Part shown: one piece after another, positions 25,533 through 36,253 of the stretch
Position numbering within the stretch: the stretch's first letter is position 1
How the letters are laid out: the number at the start of each line of letters is the position of its first letter
NCBI GenBank assembly: GCA_041476685.1
Contig: JBGOTW010000003.1
Location: 1 to 49,658 of the forward strand
Reading direction: 5' to 3'
Origin: a bacterium
GTDB lineage: Bacteria > SAR324 > JACQKK01
Length of the DNA: 49,658 bases
Notes under the pieces: generated by a model
The model's input: the letters and a program-made list of their open reading frames with translations, nothing else
Told to the model about the DNA's origin: nothing
The model's database searches: none
Position numbers and translations under genes: made by a program

Positions 25533-27281
25533 ATGACGAACCACGAGGGTCTGCGCACTTGGGTGGAGCAAACGGCGCGCCTGACCAAGCCGGAAAGCGT
25601 TCACTGGTGCGATGGATCGGAAAGCGAGTACCGGCACCTCATTGCGCTGATGCTGGAATCCGGCGACCTGGTTCCCTTCGATGCGAAGACCCACCCGGGC
25701 TGCTACCTGCACCGCTCCCACCCCAGCGACGTCGCGCGCACGGAGAACCTGACGTTCATCTGCACGCCGTCCGAGCAGGATGCCGGGCCCACCAACAACT
25801 GGATGGCGCCCGAAGTCGCGCACCGGAAGATCGATGCTCTGTTCTCCGGGTGCATGGCCGGGCGCACGATGTATGTCGTGCCCTACGTGATGGGCCCGCT
25901 CGAATCCCCCTATGCCAGCGTGGGCGTGGAGATCACAGACAGCCCCTACGTGGCCGCCAGCATGCGCATCATGACCCGCATGGGCAAGGCGGCGCTGGGC
26001 AAGATCGAGGCCAACGGCCATTTCATCAAGGGTCTGCATTCGATCGGGGACCTGAATCCCGAGCGCCGCTTCATCATGCACTTCCCCGCGGAGCGCACCA
26101 TCAAGAGTGTGGGCTCCGGCTACGGCGGGAACGCCCTGCTGGGCAAGAAGTGCCACGCCCTGCGCATCGCGAGCTGGGACGGGCGCAAGGAAGGGTGGCT
26201 CGCCGAGCACATGCTGATCATGGGCGTGGAGACCCCGCAGGGCGAAAAGCACTACATCGCCGCCGCCTTTCCCTCCGCCTGCGGCAAGACCAATCTCGCC
26301 ATGCTGGTGCCGCCCAAGAGCCTGCCCGGCTACAAGATCTGGACCGTGGGCGAGGACATCGCCTGGATGCACCTGGGCCGCGACGGCCGCCTCTGGGCGA
26401 TCAATCCGGAGGCCGGGATGTTCGGCGTGGCTCCGGGCACGAATCCGAAGACCAATCCCAACGTCCTCCATGCGATCGGGCACGACACGATCTACACCAA
26501 CGTGGCCATGACGCCGGACAAGAAGCCCTGGTGGGAAGGCCTGTCCGACGCCCCGCCGGAAGGCACGCTGGACTGGCAGGGCCGTCCCTACCAGCCGGGC
26601 AATGGCCCCGCCGCCCATCCCAACTCGCGCTTCACTTCACCCAACAAGCAGCTCCCGAACTACGCGCCCGAAAGCGAAGCGCCGGAGGGCGTACCCATCG
26701 CGGCGATCCTGTTCGGCGGACGGCGCGGTTCCGTCGTGCCCCTGGTGGTCGAGGCGCTGAACTGGAACCACGGCGTGTTCCTGGGGGCGGCGGCAGGCTC
26801 GGAGACGACCGCCGCGGCGACCGGCCAGGTGGGCGTGGTGCGGCGCGATCCGATGGCGATGCTGCCGTTCTGCGGCTACAACATGGGCGACTACTGGACG
26901 CACTGGCTCAGCTTCGGCGGACGCTCGAGCAAGCTGCCGAAGGTCTTCAACGTGAACTGGTTCCGGCGCGACGGCGGCGGCAAGTTCCTTTGGCCCGGCT
27001 ACGGGGAAAACCTGCGCGTGCTGCGCTGGGTGCTGGATCGTTGCGCGGGCCGGGGCAAGGCCGTCCGGACGCCCATCGGTTTTCTCCCCACGCCCGACGC
27101 GATCGACACCGCCGGCCTCGCTCTGCCGCCGGATGCGCTGCGGGAGCTCACGACCGTGGACAAGGCCGCCTGGCTGAAGGAAGTGGCCGAGATCGAAGCC
27201 TACTTCGGCCGCTTCGGAGAGCGCCTGCCGCCGCAGCTCAAGGACGAGGTCGCCCGCGTCAACCGCGAGCTGCAAGCGTAG
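25533..27281 (+). CDS. pckG: phosphoenolpyruvate carboxykinase (GTP)
   Basis: DVARTE, GSGYGGNALLGKKC, AFPSACGKTNLAM, AHPNSRF, DPMAMLPFCGYN. Confidence 0.97.
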   Translation: MTNHEGLRTWVEQTARLTKPESVHWCDGSESEYRHLIALMLESGDLVPFDAKTHPGCYLHRSHPSDVARTENLTFICTPSEQDAGPTNNWMAPEVAHRKIDALFSGCMAGRTMYVVPYVMGPLESPYASVGVEITDSPYVAASMRIMTRMGKAALGKIEANGHFIKGLHSIGDLNPERRFIMHFPAERTIKSVGSGYGGNALLGKKCHALRIASWDGRKEGWLAEHMLIMGVETPQGEKHYIAAAFPSACGKTNLAMLVPPKSLPGYKIWTVGEDIAWMHLGRDGRLWAINPEAGMFGVAPGTNPKTNPNVLHAIGHDTIYTNVAMTPDKKPWWEGLSDAPPEGTLDWQGRPYQPGNGPAAHPNSRFTSPNKQLPNYAPESEAPEGVPIAAILFGGRRGSVVPLVVEALNWNHGVFLGAAAGSETTAAATGQVGVVRRDPMAMLPFCGYNMGDYWTHWLSFGGRSSKLPKVFNVNWFRRDGGGKFLWPGYGENLRVLRWVLDRCAGRGKAVRTPIGFLPTPDAIDTAGLALPPDALRELTTVDKAAWLKEVAEIEAYFGRFGERLPPQLKDEVARVNRELQA

Positions 27282-27285
27282 CGAC

Positions 27286-27325
27286 CCCCTCACCCCCGAC
27301 CCCTGTCCCGCAAGGCGAGAGGGGA
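27286..27325. repeat. single REP-like unit
   Basis: cccctcacccccgacccctgtcccgcaaggcgagagggga, the approximate reverse complement of 31383-31420. Confidence 0.6.
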
Positions 27326-27416
27326 GAACTGCCTGACCGCCGATACGCTCGCCGGAAGCGGCGCGCCTGCGAGCTGGGCGTTGGAGCGCACTGGAACGAA
27401 AGGAAAGGCAGACGGA

Positions 27417-28235
27417 ATGAGCAACGCCGATACCGACAAGGTCTTCGCAGGCTCAATTCCGAAACTGTACGAGACACATCTCGTTCCGCTGATCTTCGCG
27501 CCCTACGCCGCGGACTTGGCCCATCGGCTGGCTTCGCGCTCTCTGAAGCGCGTGCTCGAGATCGCGGCCGGCACGGGCGTTGTGACGCGTGCGTTGGCAG
27601 CCGTGCTGCCCGAAAGCGTCTCCATTATCGCCACGGACTTGAATCAGCCGATGCTGGACCAAGCCGCCGCGCTGGGGACCAAGCGCCCCGTGGAGTGGCG
27701 TCAGGCAGATGCCATGCAGCTGCCTTTCAGTGATGGCATGTTTGACGCCGTCGTATGTCAGTTTGGAGTCATGTTCTTCCCCGACAAGCCGAAGGCGTTT
27801 TCGGAGGCACGGCGAGTGCTCAGGCCGGGAGGCGTTTTCGTTTTCAATGTCTGGGATCGGATCGAAGAAAACGAATTCGCGGACACCGTGACGACGGCTC
27901 TCGAAACCCTGTTTCCCGCGGACCCGCCCCGCTTCCTCGCGCGCACGCCCCATGGCTATTACGACCCTCTGTCCATCGCGCGGGATGTTGCAAAAGGCGG
28001 ATTCCCCGGGTCGCCCAAGTTCACCACGCTCGCGGCGCGCAGTCAGGCAGCATCTTCCCGATTTCCAGCCATCGCGTACTGCCAGGGGACACCGCTACGG
28101 AACGAGATCGAGGCGCGCGACGCCGCGCGGCTCGGCGAAGCAACCGACCTGGCGGCGGAAGCCCTCACCCGGCGCTTCGGGCGAGGCGTCGTGGACGGCA
28201 AGATTCAGGCACATATTGTCAGCGTCGAAATCTGA
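27417..28235 (+). CDS. class I SAM-dependent methyltransferase
   Basis: VLEIAAGTG, ADAMQLPF..FDAVVCQFGVMF, RVLRPGG. Confidence 0.9.
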   Translation: MSNADTDKVFAGSIPKLYETHLVPLIFAPYAADLAHRLASRSLKRVLEIAAGTGVVTRALAAVLPESVSIIATDLNQPMLDQAAALGTKRPVEWRQADAMQLPFSDGMFDAVVCQFGVMFFPDKPKAFSEARRVLRPGGVFVFNVWDRIEENEFADTVTTALETLFPADPPRFLARTPHGYYDPLSIARDVAKGGFPGSPKFTTLAARSQAASSRFPAIAYCQGTPLRNEIEARDAARLGEATDLAAEALTRRFGRGVVDGKIQAHIVSVEI

Positions 28236-28272
28236 CCGTCGCGAAGCGAGCGCGTTGCGCGCCCAGCGCACC

Positions 28273-28683
28273 CTATCCGCTGACGGGCATGTTCGGCAGC
28301 GGCTGGAGCATGCTGACCCGGTTTCCCTCCGTATCGCGCAGGGACAGATACGTCCCGACGCCGGGAATGTCCGTGGGTTCCCCCAGCAGCTGCCCGCCGG
28401 CGACGACGACCTTCTTCATGTGCGCCTTGATGTCGTCCACGGCAATGACGATGGAGGGCGCGTGCGTCCTGGGGTCGTCCGTCCTCGGGTAGAAGCCCCC
28501 GTTGATGGCGCCGGAGCGGCGGATGCCCTTGTCGTCGGCTTCGTGGGTGGTGACCACGACGTAGTTTCCCATCTCGGGGCCGAGCTGCTGCATCTTCCAG
28601 CCGAACGTGCGCGCGTAGAATTCCGCCATCCGCTTCCTGTCTACGGCAGGCATCTCGAAGTGAACCACCGGATTCATGGGCAT
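28273..28683 (-). CDS. VOC/glyoxalase family protein
   Basis: PVVHFE..FY...FGW, GAINGG, DTEGNRV; AGGAG RBS. Confidence 0.9.
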   Translation of the reverse strand: MPMNPVVHFEMPAVDRKRMAEFYARTFGWKMQQLGPEMGNYVVVTTHEADDKGIRRSGAINGGFYPRTDDPRTHAPSIVIAVDDIKAHMKKVVVAGGQLLGEPTDIPGVGTYLSLRDTEGNRVSMLQPLPNMPVSG

Positions 28684-28987
28684 GGCATTCTCCTGGGGTG
28701 AGGGGGGTGAAGGTGCTGGAGCGTTCATGCGGGGCGGTGAGCCTGCGCGAGATGGGAGAAGCGATACTTTCTTACGACAGGTTCGACTCGTCAACTGTTA
28801 GAGACTTTCTTGGTCGCGCATGACCTCTTTTCAACACTGATGCCCAAATCTTCGGGAGGCAGGGGAGGGTGAGGTGCCCGCCGAACGGGCGGTGAGGCTG
28901 CCGCTACCCCGCCCTCCCGTCTCCGTGCTACGGAGCGGATGGGCCGGGTTTGCGCGCCCAAGCTTCCGCCGTTCAACGAGGCCATCC

Positions 28988-30574
28988 ATGGGCAAGGCGG
29001 TGCTGGCCTTGGACCAGGGCACGACCAGTTCCCGCGCGATCCTGTTCAATCGCAAGGGCGAGGTGCTGGCCGCGGCGCAGCAGGAATTCCCCCAGCACTA
29101 CCCCAAGCCCGGCTGGGTCGAGCACGATCCGTGGGACCTGTGGGGCAGCGTGCACGCGACCATGACCGCCGCGCTGCGCAAGGCCCGGCTCAAGCCGCAG
29201 GACCTCCACGCCATCGGCATCACCAATCAGCGCGAAACCACGCTGCTGTGGGAGCGGAGTTCGGGCAGGCCCCTCGGGCCGGCGATCGTGTGGCAGTGTC
29301 GGCGCACGGCGGAGCGCTGCGAGGCCATCCGGCAGCGCGGGGACGGCGCCATGCTGCGCGAGCGCACGGGCCTGGTCGTGGACGCCTACTTCTCGGCGAC
29401 GAAGCTGGCGTGGCTGCTGGATGAGATTCCCGGCGCGCGCGAGCGGGCCGAGCGCGGGGAGCTGGCCTTCGGGACGGTGGACTCGTGGCTGATCTGGAAC
29501 TTGACCGGGGGCACGGCGCAGCGGGGCGCGGTCCACGCGACCGACCCGTCCAATGCGAGCCGGACGCTCCTGTTCGACCTGGCCACCCAGGCGTTCGCGC
29601 CGGACCTGCTCGACACTTTCAAGATCCCGCCCGGCGTCTTGCCCGCCGTTCAGCCCACCGCGGGCGTGTTGGGCGAAACCCATGCGGAAATTCTGGGTGC
29701 GCGCGTTCCGATCGCCGCGGCCGTCGGCGACCAGCAGGCGGCCCTGTTCGGCCAGACCTGCTTCGCGCCCGGCAGCCTGAAGAACACCTACGGCACGGGC
29801 TGCTTCCTCCTGCTCAACACCGGCTCCGCCCCCGTGCGCTCGGCGGCGGGACTGCTCACCTCGACCGGCTGGCGCATCGGTCAGCGCACCACCTACGTGC
29901 TGGAAGGCTCGATCTTCATCGGCGGCGCGGTGGTGCAGTGGCTGCGGGACGGCCTGCGCCTGATCCGCCGCGCCAAGGAGACCGAGGCGCTCGCCCAGTC
30001 CGTGGCTGACACGGGCGGGGTGCACCTCGTCCCCGCATTCGTGGGCCTGGGCGCGCCTTACTGGAACCCCGAGGCGCGCGGGGCGCTCGTCGGCGTGACG
30101 CGCGGCACGACCCGGGCGCATATCGTGCGGGCGGCCCTCGAGGCGATCGCGTTCCAGACGGCCGAGATGGTGGAACTGATGGGCGCGGAGTCGCTGGGCA
30201 GCGGACTGCCGGGCGCGGAGTCGGTCGGCGCCGGTCTGACCGGCGCTAGGCCGGCAGGTGCGGGACTGCTGGGCGCAAGGGCAGGGCGGCGGCCGGAGGC
30301 GCTGCGGGTGGATGGCGGCGCGACGGCCAACGCGTTCCTGTGCCAGTTCCAGGCGGACGTGCTGGGCATCCCCGTCGAGCGGCCGCGGCTGCTGGAGACG
30401 ACGGCGCTGGGCGCGGCCATGCTCGCGGGCCTGGCGACCGGCTTCTGGAGCGATCCGGAAGAGCTGTCGGCGCTGCGCCGGGTGGAGCGGGTGTTCGAGC
30501 CGCAGCGCTCGGACGATTGGCGCGCGGAGCAGATGGCGGGCTGGAAGAAGGCGGTGCAAAGGGTCTTGCTGTAG
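28988..30574 (+). CDS. glpK: glycerol kinase
   Basis: [56 protein letters not shown]. Confidence 0.96.
   Translation: MGKAVLALDQGTTSSRAILFNRKGEVLAAAQQEFPQHYPKPGWVEHDPWDLWGSVHATMTAALRKARLKPQDLHAIGITNQRETTLLWERSSGRPLGPAIVWQCRRTAERCEAIRQRGDGAMLRERTGLVVDAYFSATKLAWLLDEIPGARERAERGELAFGTVDSWLIWNLTGGTAQRGAVHATDPSNASRTLLFDLATQAFAPDLLDTFKIPPGVLPAVQPTAGVLGETHAEILGARVPIAAAVGDQQAALFGQTCFAPGSLKNTYGTGCFLLLNTGSAPVRSAAGLLTSTGWRIGQRTTYVLEGSIFIGGAVVQWLRDGLRLIRRAKETEALAQSVADTGGVHLVPAFVGLGAPYWNPEARGALVGVTRGTTRAHIVRAALEAIAFQTAEMVELMGAESLGSGLPGAESVGAGLTGARPAGAGLLGARAGRRPEALRVDGGATANAFLCQFQADVLGIPVERPRLLETTALGAAMLAGLATGFWSDPEELSALRRVERVFEPQRSDDWRAEQMAGWKKAVQRVLL
30181..30280 (+). repeat. imperfect 30-bp in-frame tandem repeat within glpK
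   Basis: Units start at 30181, 30211, 30241 and 30271 ([10 protein letters not shown] / [10 protein letters not shown] / [10 protein letters not shown] / GAR..). Confidence 0.75.
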
Positions 30575-30666
30575 GCGAGGTGCAACAGGAGCCCCATGCG
30601 CGGGAGCAGACCCATCGAGCATCCCCGGGCGCCGGGTCCGTGCGGATGACCCGTTCGGCGTGTCCC

Positions 30667-31032
30667 ATGAGCGGTCGCATTCCATCCCTGAAGGTCAAGC
30701 GCATCTACGAGCCGCCCGACCCGGCGGACGGCACGCGCGTGCTGGTGGATCGGCTCTGGCCGCGCGGGGTGAGCAAGGAGCGTGCGCGGCTGGATCTGTG
30801 GCTCAAGGAACTGGCACCCAGCCCTGCGCTGCGTGGCTGGTTCGGCCACGATCCCGCCAAGTGGGACACCTTCAAAGCACGCTACGAGGCGGAGTTGAAC
30901 GCTCGCCCGGAGGCGGTGCGCCAGCTCTCCGCTCTGGCGCGGCGGGGTCCTGTGACGCTGCTGTTTGCCGCGCGGGACCCCGCGCACAACAGCGCCCTTT
31001 TGCTCAAGGCTTACCTCGAGCGCAGCCACTGA
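30667..31032 (+). CDS. DUF488/YeaO family protein
   Basis: KRIYE..DGTRVLVDRLWPRG..W.KELAPS..LR.WFGHD. Confidence 0.9.
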   Translation: MSGRIPSLKVKRIYEPPDPADGTRVLVDRLWPRGVSKERARLDLWLKELAPSPALRGWFGHDPAKWDTFKARYEAELNARPEAVRQLSALARRGPVTLLFAARDPAHNSALLLKAYLERSH

Positions 31033-31322
31033 GGCGTCGAGGCCGGGCGTGGCTTCTGGCGCGGTCTGCCGGAGCGGGCGGCCCTGCGCAGGGTGCGGCG
31101 GTTGTTCGGGCCGGAGCGCTGCGGCGACTGGCGGGCCGGGCAGACGGTGGGCCCGAAGATGGCGGTGCAACGGGTCTCGCGGTAGAGGGAACGACACAAC
31201 AGCAACAACCTGCGAGGGAGCAAGGCCCCTCGCGCACCCCGATTCGGTTTACGCGTCCGCTACGCAGGAGCGAACTCCAGCGTTTCGACGGTGGAGGGCG
31301 CAAAGAGCTGATTACGAAACGC

Positions 31323-31357
31323 AAAAGGGGCCGCTGCCTTCCGGCAGCCGGCCCCTT
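31323..31357 (-). terminator. intrinsic terminator downstream of rpsI
   Basis: Minus strand GGGGCC-G-GCTGCC-GGAA-GGCAGC-GGCCCC followed by TTTT. Confidence 0.7.
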
Positions 31358-31382
31358 GGATCATCGTCTTGCCAATTCAAAT

Positions 31383-31420
31383 CCCCTCTCCCCTTGCGGG
31401 AGAGGGGCAGGGGTGAGGGG
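31383..31420. repeat. single REP-like unit
   Basis: cccctctccc-cttgc-gggagagggg-ca-ggggtgagggg immediately past the rpsI stop. Confidence 0.7.
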
Positions 31421-31423
31421 GGT

Positions 31424-31831
31424 CTAGCGCTTGGAGAACTGGTAGCGCTTGCGGGCGCCCGGCTGGCCGTACTTCTTGCGCTCCACCTCGCGCGGGTCGC
31501 GGGTGAGCATGCCGGCCTTCTTCAGCGGGGCGCGCAGCTCTTCCTGGGGCACGAGGAGCAGCGCGCGGGCGATGCCGTGCCGCACGGCGCCGGCCTGGCC
31601 CATGATCCCGCCGCCCTGCACGTTCACGTGAATGTCGAAGCGATCCCCGGTCTGGGTCAGCTCGAGGGGCTGGCGCACGATGAAGCGCTGCGACTCGTCA
31701 GGGAAGTATTCCTCGATCGGCTTGGTATTGACGGAGATGCGCCCGACGCCGGGGCGAAGAAAGACCCGCGCCACCGAAGACTTGCGCCGGCCGGTTCCAT
31801 AGAACTGCTGCAACAGGGGTCGCTCGCTCAT
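31424..31831 (-). CDS. rpsI: 30S ribosomal protein S9
   Basis: [24 protein letters not shown]-terminal QFSKR. Confidence 0.98.
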   Translation of the reverse strand: MSERPLLQQFYGTGRRKSSVARVFLRPGVGRISVNTKPIEEYFPDESQRFIVRQPLELTQTGDRFDIHVNVQGGGIMGQAGAVRHGIARALLLVPQEELRAPLKKAGMLTRDPREVERKKYGQPGARKRYQFSKR

Positions 31832-31963
31832 GGTTCCGTTTAAGATGCGGTCGTTCAAGCCGGGGGGCGGGTCAGCCAGTCCTGAAACGAGTCCAAGACA
31901 GCGGTGGACAGGGCCGTCTTTGAACTCGGACGGCGCTAGGTCTGGCCCGGATAGGGCTCCGGC

Positions 31964-32428
31964 TCAGCCCGGATAGGGCACCGTGAAAGGTTTGGGTTTC
32001 TGGGCCGCGTGGGGATGCTCGGTGCCGGCGTAGAGCTTGAGCTTGCCCAGGATCGCCCGGTTGAGCGCGTTCTTGGGCAGCATGCGCTTGACCGCCAGCC
32101 GCAGCACCTCGGTCGGTTTCTGCGCCAGCAGCTTCTCCGTCTGCACCTGCTTGACGCCCCCCGGATAGCCGGTGTGGTGGAAGTAGTACTTGTCCTTGAG
32201 CTTGTTGCCCGTCAGCTTGACCCGCTCGGCATTGATCACCACCACGAAGTCCCCCGTGTCGAGATGGGGGGTGAACGTGGGCTTGTGCTTGCCGCGCAGG
32301 ATCAGCGCGATCTGGCTGGCTAGGCGCCCGAGCGTCTGGTCCTTGGCGTCAATCAGCAGCCAATCCGGCTCGTACTTGCCGCCAGCCTGGAAATCTTCCC
32401 TGCGCATCGTCGGGGACTTCTGGGTCAT
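31964..32428 (-). CDS. rplM: 50S ribosomal protein L13
   Basis: LGRLAS..LRGKHKP.FTPH.DTGD, HTGYPGG, HPHAAQ. Confidence 0.98.
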   Translation of the reverse strand: MTQKSPTMRREDFQAGGKYEPDWLLIDAKDQTLGRLASQIALILRGKHKPTFTPHLDTGDFVVVINAERVKLTGNKLKDKYYFHHTGYPGGVKQVQTEKLLAQKPTEVLRLAVKRMLPKNALNRAILGKLKLYAGTEHPHAAQKPKPFTVPYPG

Positions 32429-32504
32429 GGTCGGTCTAACGCGGCGAAGTGCCGTCTCCGGAGCCCGCGCGGGCTACCCTGCGGCGGCACGTGTCAAAGG
32501 GCCT

Positions 32505-32533
32505 ATCCTGCTCCGGGCGCCTGGCAATGTCAA
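32505..32533 (-). promoter_or_regulatory. putative sigma70 promoter of rplM-rpsI
   Basis: TTGACA-17nt-CAGGAT. Confidence 0.3.
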
Positions 32534-32738
32534 CGGGCGCTGCGGGCCCGGCCCGCCGCGGCGGGATGCCGCTTGAGCGACGTTCGGCTGATGGACGATC
32601 CCCCGTCGCGCCGACGGCCCCACGGCCCGACCAGACCCCAACCGGGCGCCGCAGCCGCCTTGACAGTCCGGGCGCGCGGGTGGATGGGTGGGGCGAAGCG
32701 GGAGGGGTCACCGTGGCATATTCCCCGGAGCCAAGATC

Positions 32739-34340
32739 ATGAGCGCACGCACAGCGGTCCGCAGCGGGCTTGTCGGGCTTGTCCTGGTCAGCCTCGCCGC
32801 CCTGGCGGCCGTTCCCGCTTCGGCCCAGAAATACGGGGGGACGCTGCGCGGCGCCCTGATCGAGAGCTGGGCGAGCATGTCCATTCACGAGGAGGCTACG
32901 ATCTCCGTCGTCTGGCCCATGTCGCCGCTGTACAATAGCCTGATTATCTACGACCCGGCCCGCCCGGTCGAGAGCGCCGAGCACTTGGTCGGTGAACTCG
33001 CGGAAAGCTGGGCCTGGAGCGACGGCGGGAAGCGGCTGACCTTCAAGCTGCACCGGGGCGTGCGCTGGCACGACGGCAAGCCCTTCACCGCCGCCGACGT
33101 GAAGCACACGTTCGACGTGGTTCGCGGCGCGAGCGAAAAGCGCCTCAAGCTCAATCCCCGCAAGCTCTGGTACGAGAACGTGCAGGAGATCTCCGTTAAC
33201 GGGGATTACGAGGTGGCCTTCGTGCTGAAGCGGCCGCAACCCTCCCTGCTGTCCATGCTGGCCACCGGCTACTCGCCCATCTACCCGGCGCACGTGGAAC
33301 CGGTCGAACTGCGCACCCGCGCGATGGGCACCGGGCCTTTCCGTCAGAAGGAGGTCAAGCCGGATCAGTATCTGCTGATGGAGAAGAATCCCGATTATTT
33401 CGTCAAAGGCCGGCCGTATCTCGATGCGATCCGCTACATCGTCATCAAGGCCCGGCCCGCACGCACGGCGGCCCTCATGGCCGGCGACCTCGACATGGCC
33501 ATGCCCGCCATGTCCACCCGCGCGACCACGGAGCAGATCGTGGCGGCCGTGCCGAGCATGGTCGTGCAGAAGGTGTCCTACGGGACGACGGACAACATCC
33601 TCGTCAACACGCGCAAGCCGCCTTTCGACGATCTGAAGCTGCGGCAGGCGGTCAATTTGGCGCTGGAGCGCAAGGCCGCCATCAAGGCGGCGGCCGACGG
33701 CTACGGCGTGCTCGGCGGGGCCATCCTCCCGCCGCCCTACGGCGTCTGGGGCCTGACGGCGGAAGATGTGCTGCGGCTGCCCGGCTATGGCGATCCGGCC
33801 CAGGACAAGGCCGCCGCCAGAAAGCTGCTCGCCGAGGCGGGTTACGGCCCGGGCAAGCCGCTCAAGGTCATCGTCTCCACCCGCTCCTCGGAGACCTACG
33901 TGGACGTGGCCACCTGGGTCGTGGATCAACTGCGGCAGGTCGGCATCGAGGCCACGCTGGACATCGTGGAACCGGGCGTGTGGTTCGGGCGTCTGGCGCG
34001 GCGGGACTTCCAGTTCGGCCTCAATCAGACCGGGGTCGCTCCGGACGATCCGGACGGGAACCTGATCGAGAACTACACCTGCGGCTCGCAGCGCAACTAT
34101 ACGGACTTCTGCAGCAAGGAGATCGAGGCCCTGATCGCCCAGCAGTCCCAGGAGCTGGACCGCGCCAAGCGCCTCCGGCTCGTGCACGAGATCGACCGGC
34201 GCCTGCAGATCGAAGTGGCGCGGCCCATCCTCGACCACAAGCTCGACGCATTCGTGCACTGGCCGCAAGTGAAGAATCTGATCGCCCACGGCTCGATCTA
34301 CAACTGGGGGCGGATGCAGGACGTGTGGCTGGACAAGTAG
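32739..34340 (+). CDS. ABC transporter substrate-binding protein, family 5 (copy 1)
   Basis: Signal peptide ..ASA-QKYGG; ELAESW..F.L..GV.WHDGKPFT..DV; GTGPF; ends MQDVWLDK. Confidence 0.93.
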   Translation: MSARTAVRSGLVGLVLVSLAALAAVPASAQKYGGTLRGALIESWASMSIHEEATISVVWPMSPLYNSLIIYDPARPVESAEHLVGELAESWAWSDGGKRLTFKLHRGVRWHDGKPFTAADVKHTFDVVRGASEKRLKLNPRKLWYENVQEISVNGDYEVAFVLKRPQPSLLSMLATGYSPIYPAHVEPVELRTRAMGTGPFRQKEVKPDQYLLMEKNPDYFVKGRPYLDAIRYIVIKARPARTAALMAGDLDMAMPAMSTRATTEQIVAAVPSMVVQKVSYGTTDNILVNTRKPPFDDLKLRQAVNLALERKAAIKAAADGYGVLGGAILPPPYGVWGLTAEDVLRLPGYGDPAQDKAAARKLLAEAGYGPGKPLKVIVSTRSSETYVDVATWVVDQLRQVGIEATLDIVEPGVWFGRLARRDFQFGLNQTGVAPDDPDGNLIENYTCGSQRNYTDFCSKEIEALIAQQSQELDRAKRLRLVHEIDRRLQIEVARPILDHKLDAFVHWPQVKNLIAHGSIYNWGRMQDVWLDK

Positions 34341-34528
34341 GCCGGGCAGTCGCACTTCGCGACTGCGCCGTCGCGCAATTCGAAGCAAGCGTGCCCGGCG
34401 CGGGTCTCTCCCTGGTCCCGCCCCGATACGACGTACGGGACGTCTTCCCGCGTCGCGGCCACGGACTGTGCCGAGAGCGCCCCCCTATTCCTCTTTCACT
34501 GCCGCCCCTTCCCTAGCGCGGAGCGCCC

Positions 34529-36169
34529 ATGACTCCCCTCGACCGGCTAACTTTTCTCCAGGCATGCCACCGGCTCGGATGCCGTGCCGCGCTTCCGCTG
34601 CTGACCACGCTCCTCCTGGCCGCGGCACTGCCGGCGTCTTCCGCCTGGGGCCAGAAGTCCGGCGGCATCCTGCGCTCCACCCAGCGGGAGACGCCCCCCA
34701 GCCTGTCCATCCACGAGGAGGCGACCGCCTCGACCGCCTGGCCGATGGAGGCGATCTACAACAACCTCGTGTTCTACGATCCGCAGCGGCAGGTGGAGAG
34801 CGGGGAGCATGTCATCGGGGAGCTCGCGGAGAGCTGGGCCTGGAGCGACGGGGGCAAGCGCCTGACCTTCAAGCTGCGTCGCGGCGTCGTTTGGCACGAC
34901 GGCCAGCCCTTCACCAGCGCCGACGCCAAGTACACGTTCGACCTGGTGCGCGGCGCCCTGACCGACCGCAAGCTGCGCACCAACCCGCGCAAGCTCTGGT
35001 ACGACAACGTGCAGGAGATCGCCGTCAACGGCGACCACGAGGTGGCCTTCATCCTGAAGCGGCCCCAGCCCGGGCTGATCTCCCTGCTAGGCTCCGGCCT
35101 CTCGCCGGTCTATCCGGCCCACGTGGAGCCCGCGGAGCTGCGCACGCGCGCGGTAGGCACCGGGCCGTTCGTCCTCAAGGAATACGTCCCGGACCAGCGC
35201 ATCGTCGTCGTCCGCAATCCGCATTACTTCGTGAAGGGCCGGCCCTACCTCGACGGGATCGAGTACCTCATCATCAAGGATCGCACCGCGCGCGCGACGG
35301 CGCTGCGCGCCGGACAGGCGGACGTCTCCTTTCCCGGCGAGGGCACCCCCGCCCTGCGCGACCAGATCGTCGCTTCCGTGCCGCAGATGGTGGTGCGCGA
35401 GGTGGGGACGATGACGCTGGACAACATCAACATGAACCTGCGCAAGCCGCCCTTCAACGACCTGCGCGTGCGGCAAGCGCTCAACCTGGCCATTGACCGG
35501 CGGGCGATGATCGCCAGCGTGCTGCAGGGCCAGGCGGTGCCGGGCGGGGCGAACCAGCCCCCGCCCTACGGCGAGTGGGGCCTGCCCGCGGACCAGCTTG
35601 CGGGCCTGCCGGGCTATGGCGATCCGACGCAGGACAAGGCCGAGTCGCGCAAGCGGCTGGCGGAGGCCGGCTACGGGCCGGGCCATGCGCTCAAGCTGCT
35701 CGTCACCACGCGCGACCTGGTGCAGTACCAGGACATGGCCGTGTGGCTGGTGTCCCAGTTCCGCGAGGTGGGCGTGGAGGCCACGCTGGACATCGTGGAC
35801 ACGACCCAGTGGTACGGCAGGCTCGCGCGGCGCGAGTTCCAGATTGCCGCGAACGTCTCGGGCATCGGCGCGGAGGATCCCGACGCCAATTACTTCGAGA
35901 ACTATGCCTGCGCCTCCAACCGCAACTACACCGATTACTGCAGCAAGGAGGCCGAGGAGCTGATGGCGCGGGAGTCGCAGGAGCAGGACAGGGCCAAGCG
36001 CCTCCTGCTCGTGCGGGAATTGGACCGCAAGCTGCAGCACGATGTGGCCCGCCCGATCATGGCCCACCGGCTCGACTACTTCATGCACTGGCCGCAGGTG
36101 AAGGGCCTCGTTCCGCACAACAGCATCTACGGCTTCGGGCGCATGCAGGACGTGTGGCTCGACCGGTAG
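34529..36169 (+). CDS. ABC transporter substrate-binding protein, family 5 (copy 2; start uncertain)
   Basis: Same motifs as copy 1; ends MQDVWLDR. Confidence 0.92.
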   Translation: MTPLDRLTFLQACHRLGCRAALPLLTTLLLAAALPASSAWGQKSGGILRSTQRETPPSLSIHEEATASTAWPMEAIYNNLVFYDPQRQVESGEHVIGELAESWAWSDGGKRLTFKLRRGVVWHDGQPFTSADAKYTFDLVRGALTDRKLRTNPRKLWYDNVQEIAVNGDHEVAFILKRPQPGLISLLGSGLSPVYPAHVEPAELRTRAVGTGPFVLKEYVPDQRIVVVRNPHYFVKGRPYLDGIEYLIIKDRTARATALRAGQADVSFPGEGTPALRDQIVASVPQMVVREVGTMTLDNINMNLRKPPFNDLRVRQALNLAIDRRAMIASVLQGQAVPGGANQPPPYGEWGLPADQLAGLPGYGDPTQDKAESRKRLAEAGYGPGHALKLLVTTRDLVQYQDMAVWLVSQFREVGVEATLDIVDTTQWYGRLARREFQIAANVSGIGAEDPDANYFENYACASNRNYTDYCSKEAEELMARESQEQDRAKRLLLVRELDRKLQHDVARPIMAHRLDYFMHWPQVKGLVPHNSIYGFGRMQDVWLDR

Positions 36170-36253
36170 GCAGGAATTCGGCTGCGCCTCATGCGCGGCG
36201 AGCCGGGGCACGGAATTGCCCCTCCACCACCATCGTTTGCGGGAGCCGGACTC

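Noticed and set aside
36207-36219. GGCACGGAATTGC as a sigma54 promoter before binding protein 3
   Set aside because: The GG-to-GC spacing is one base short of the strict requirement.
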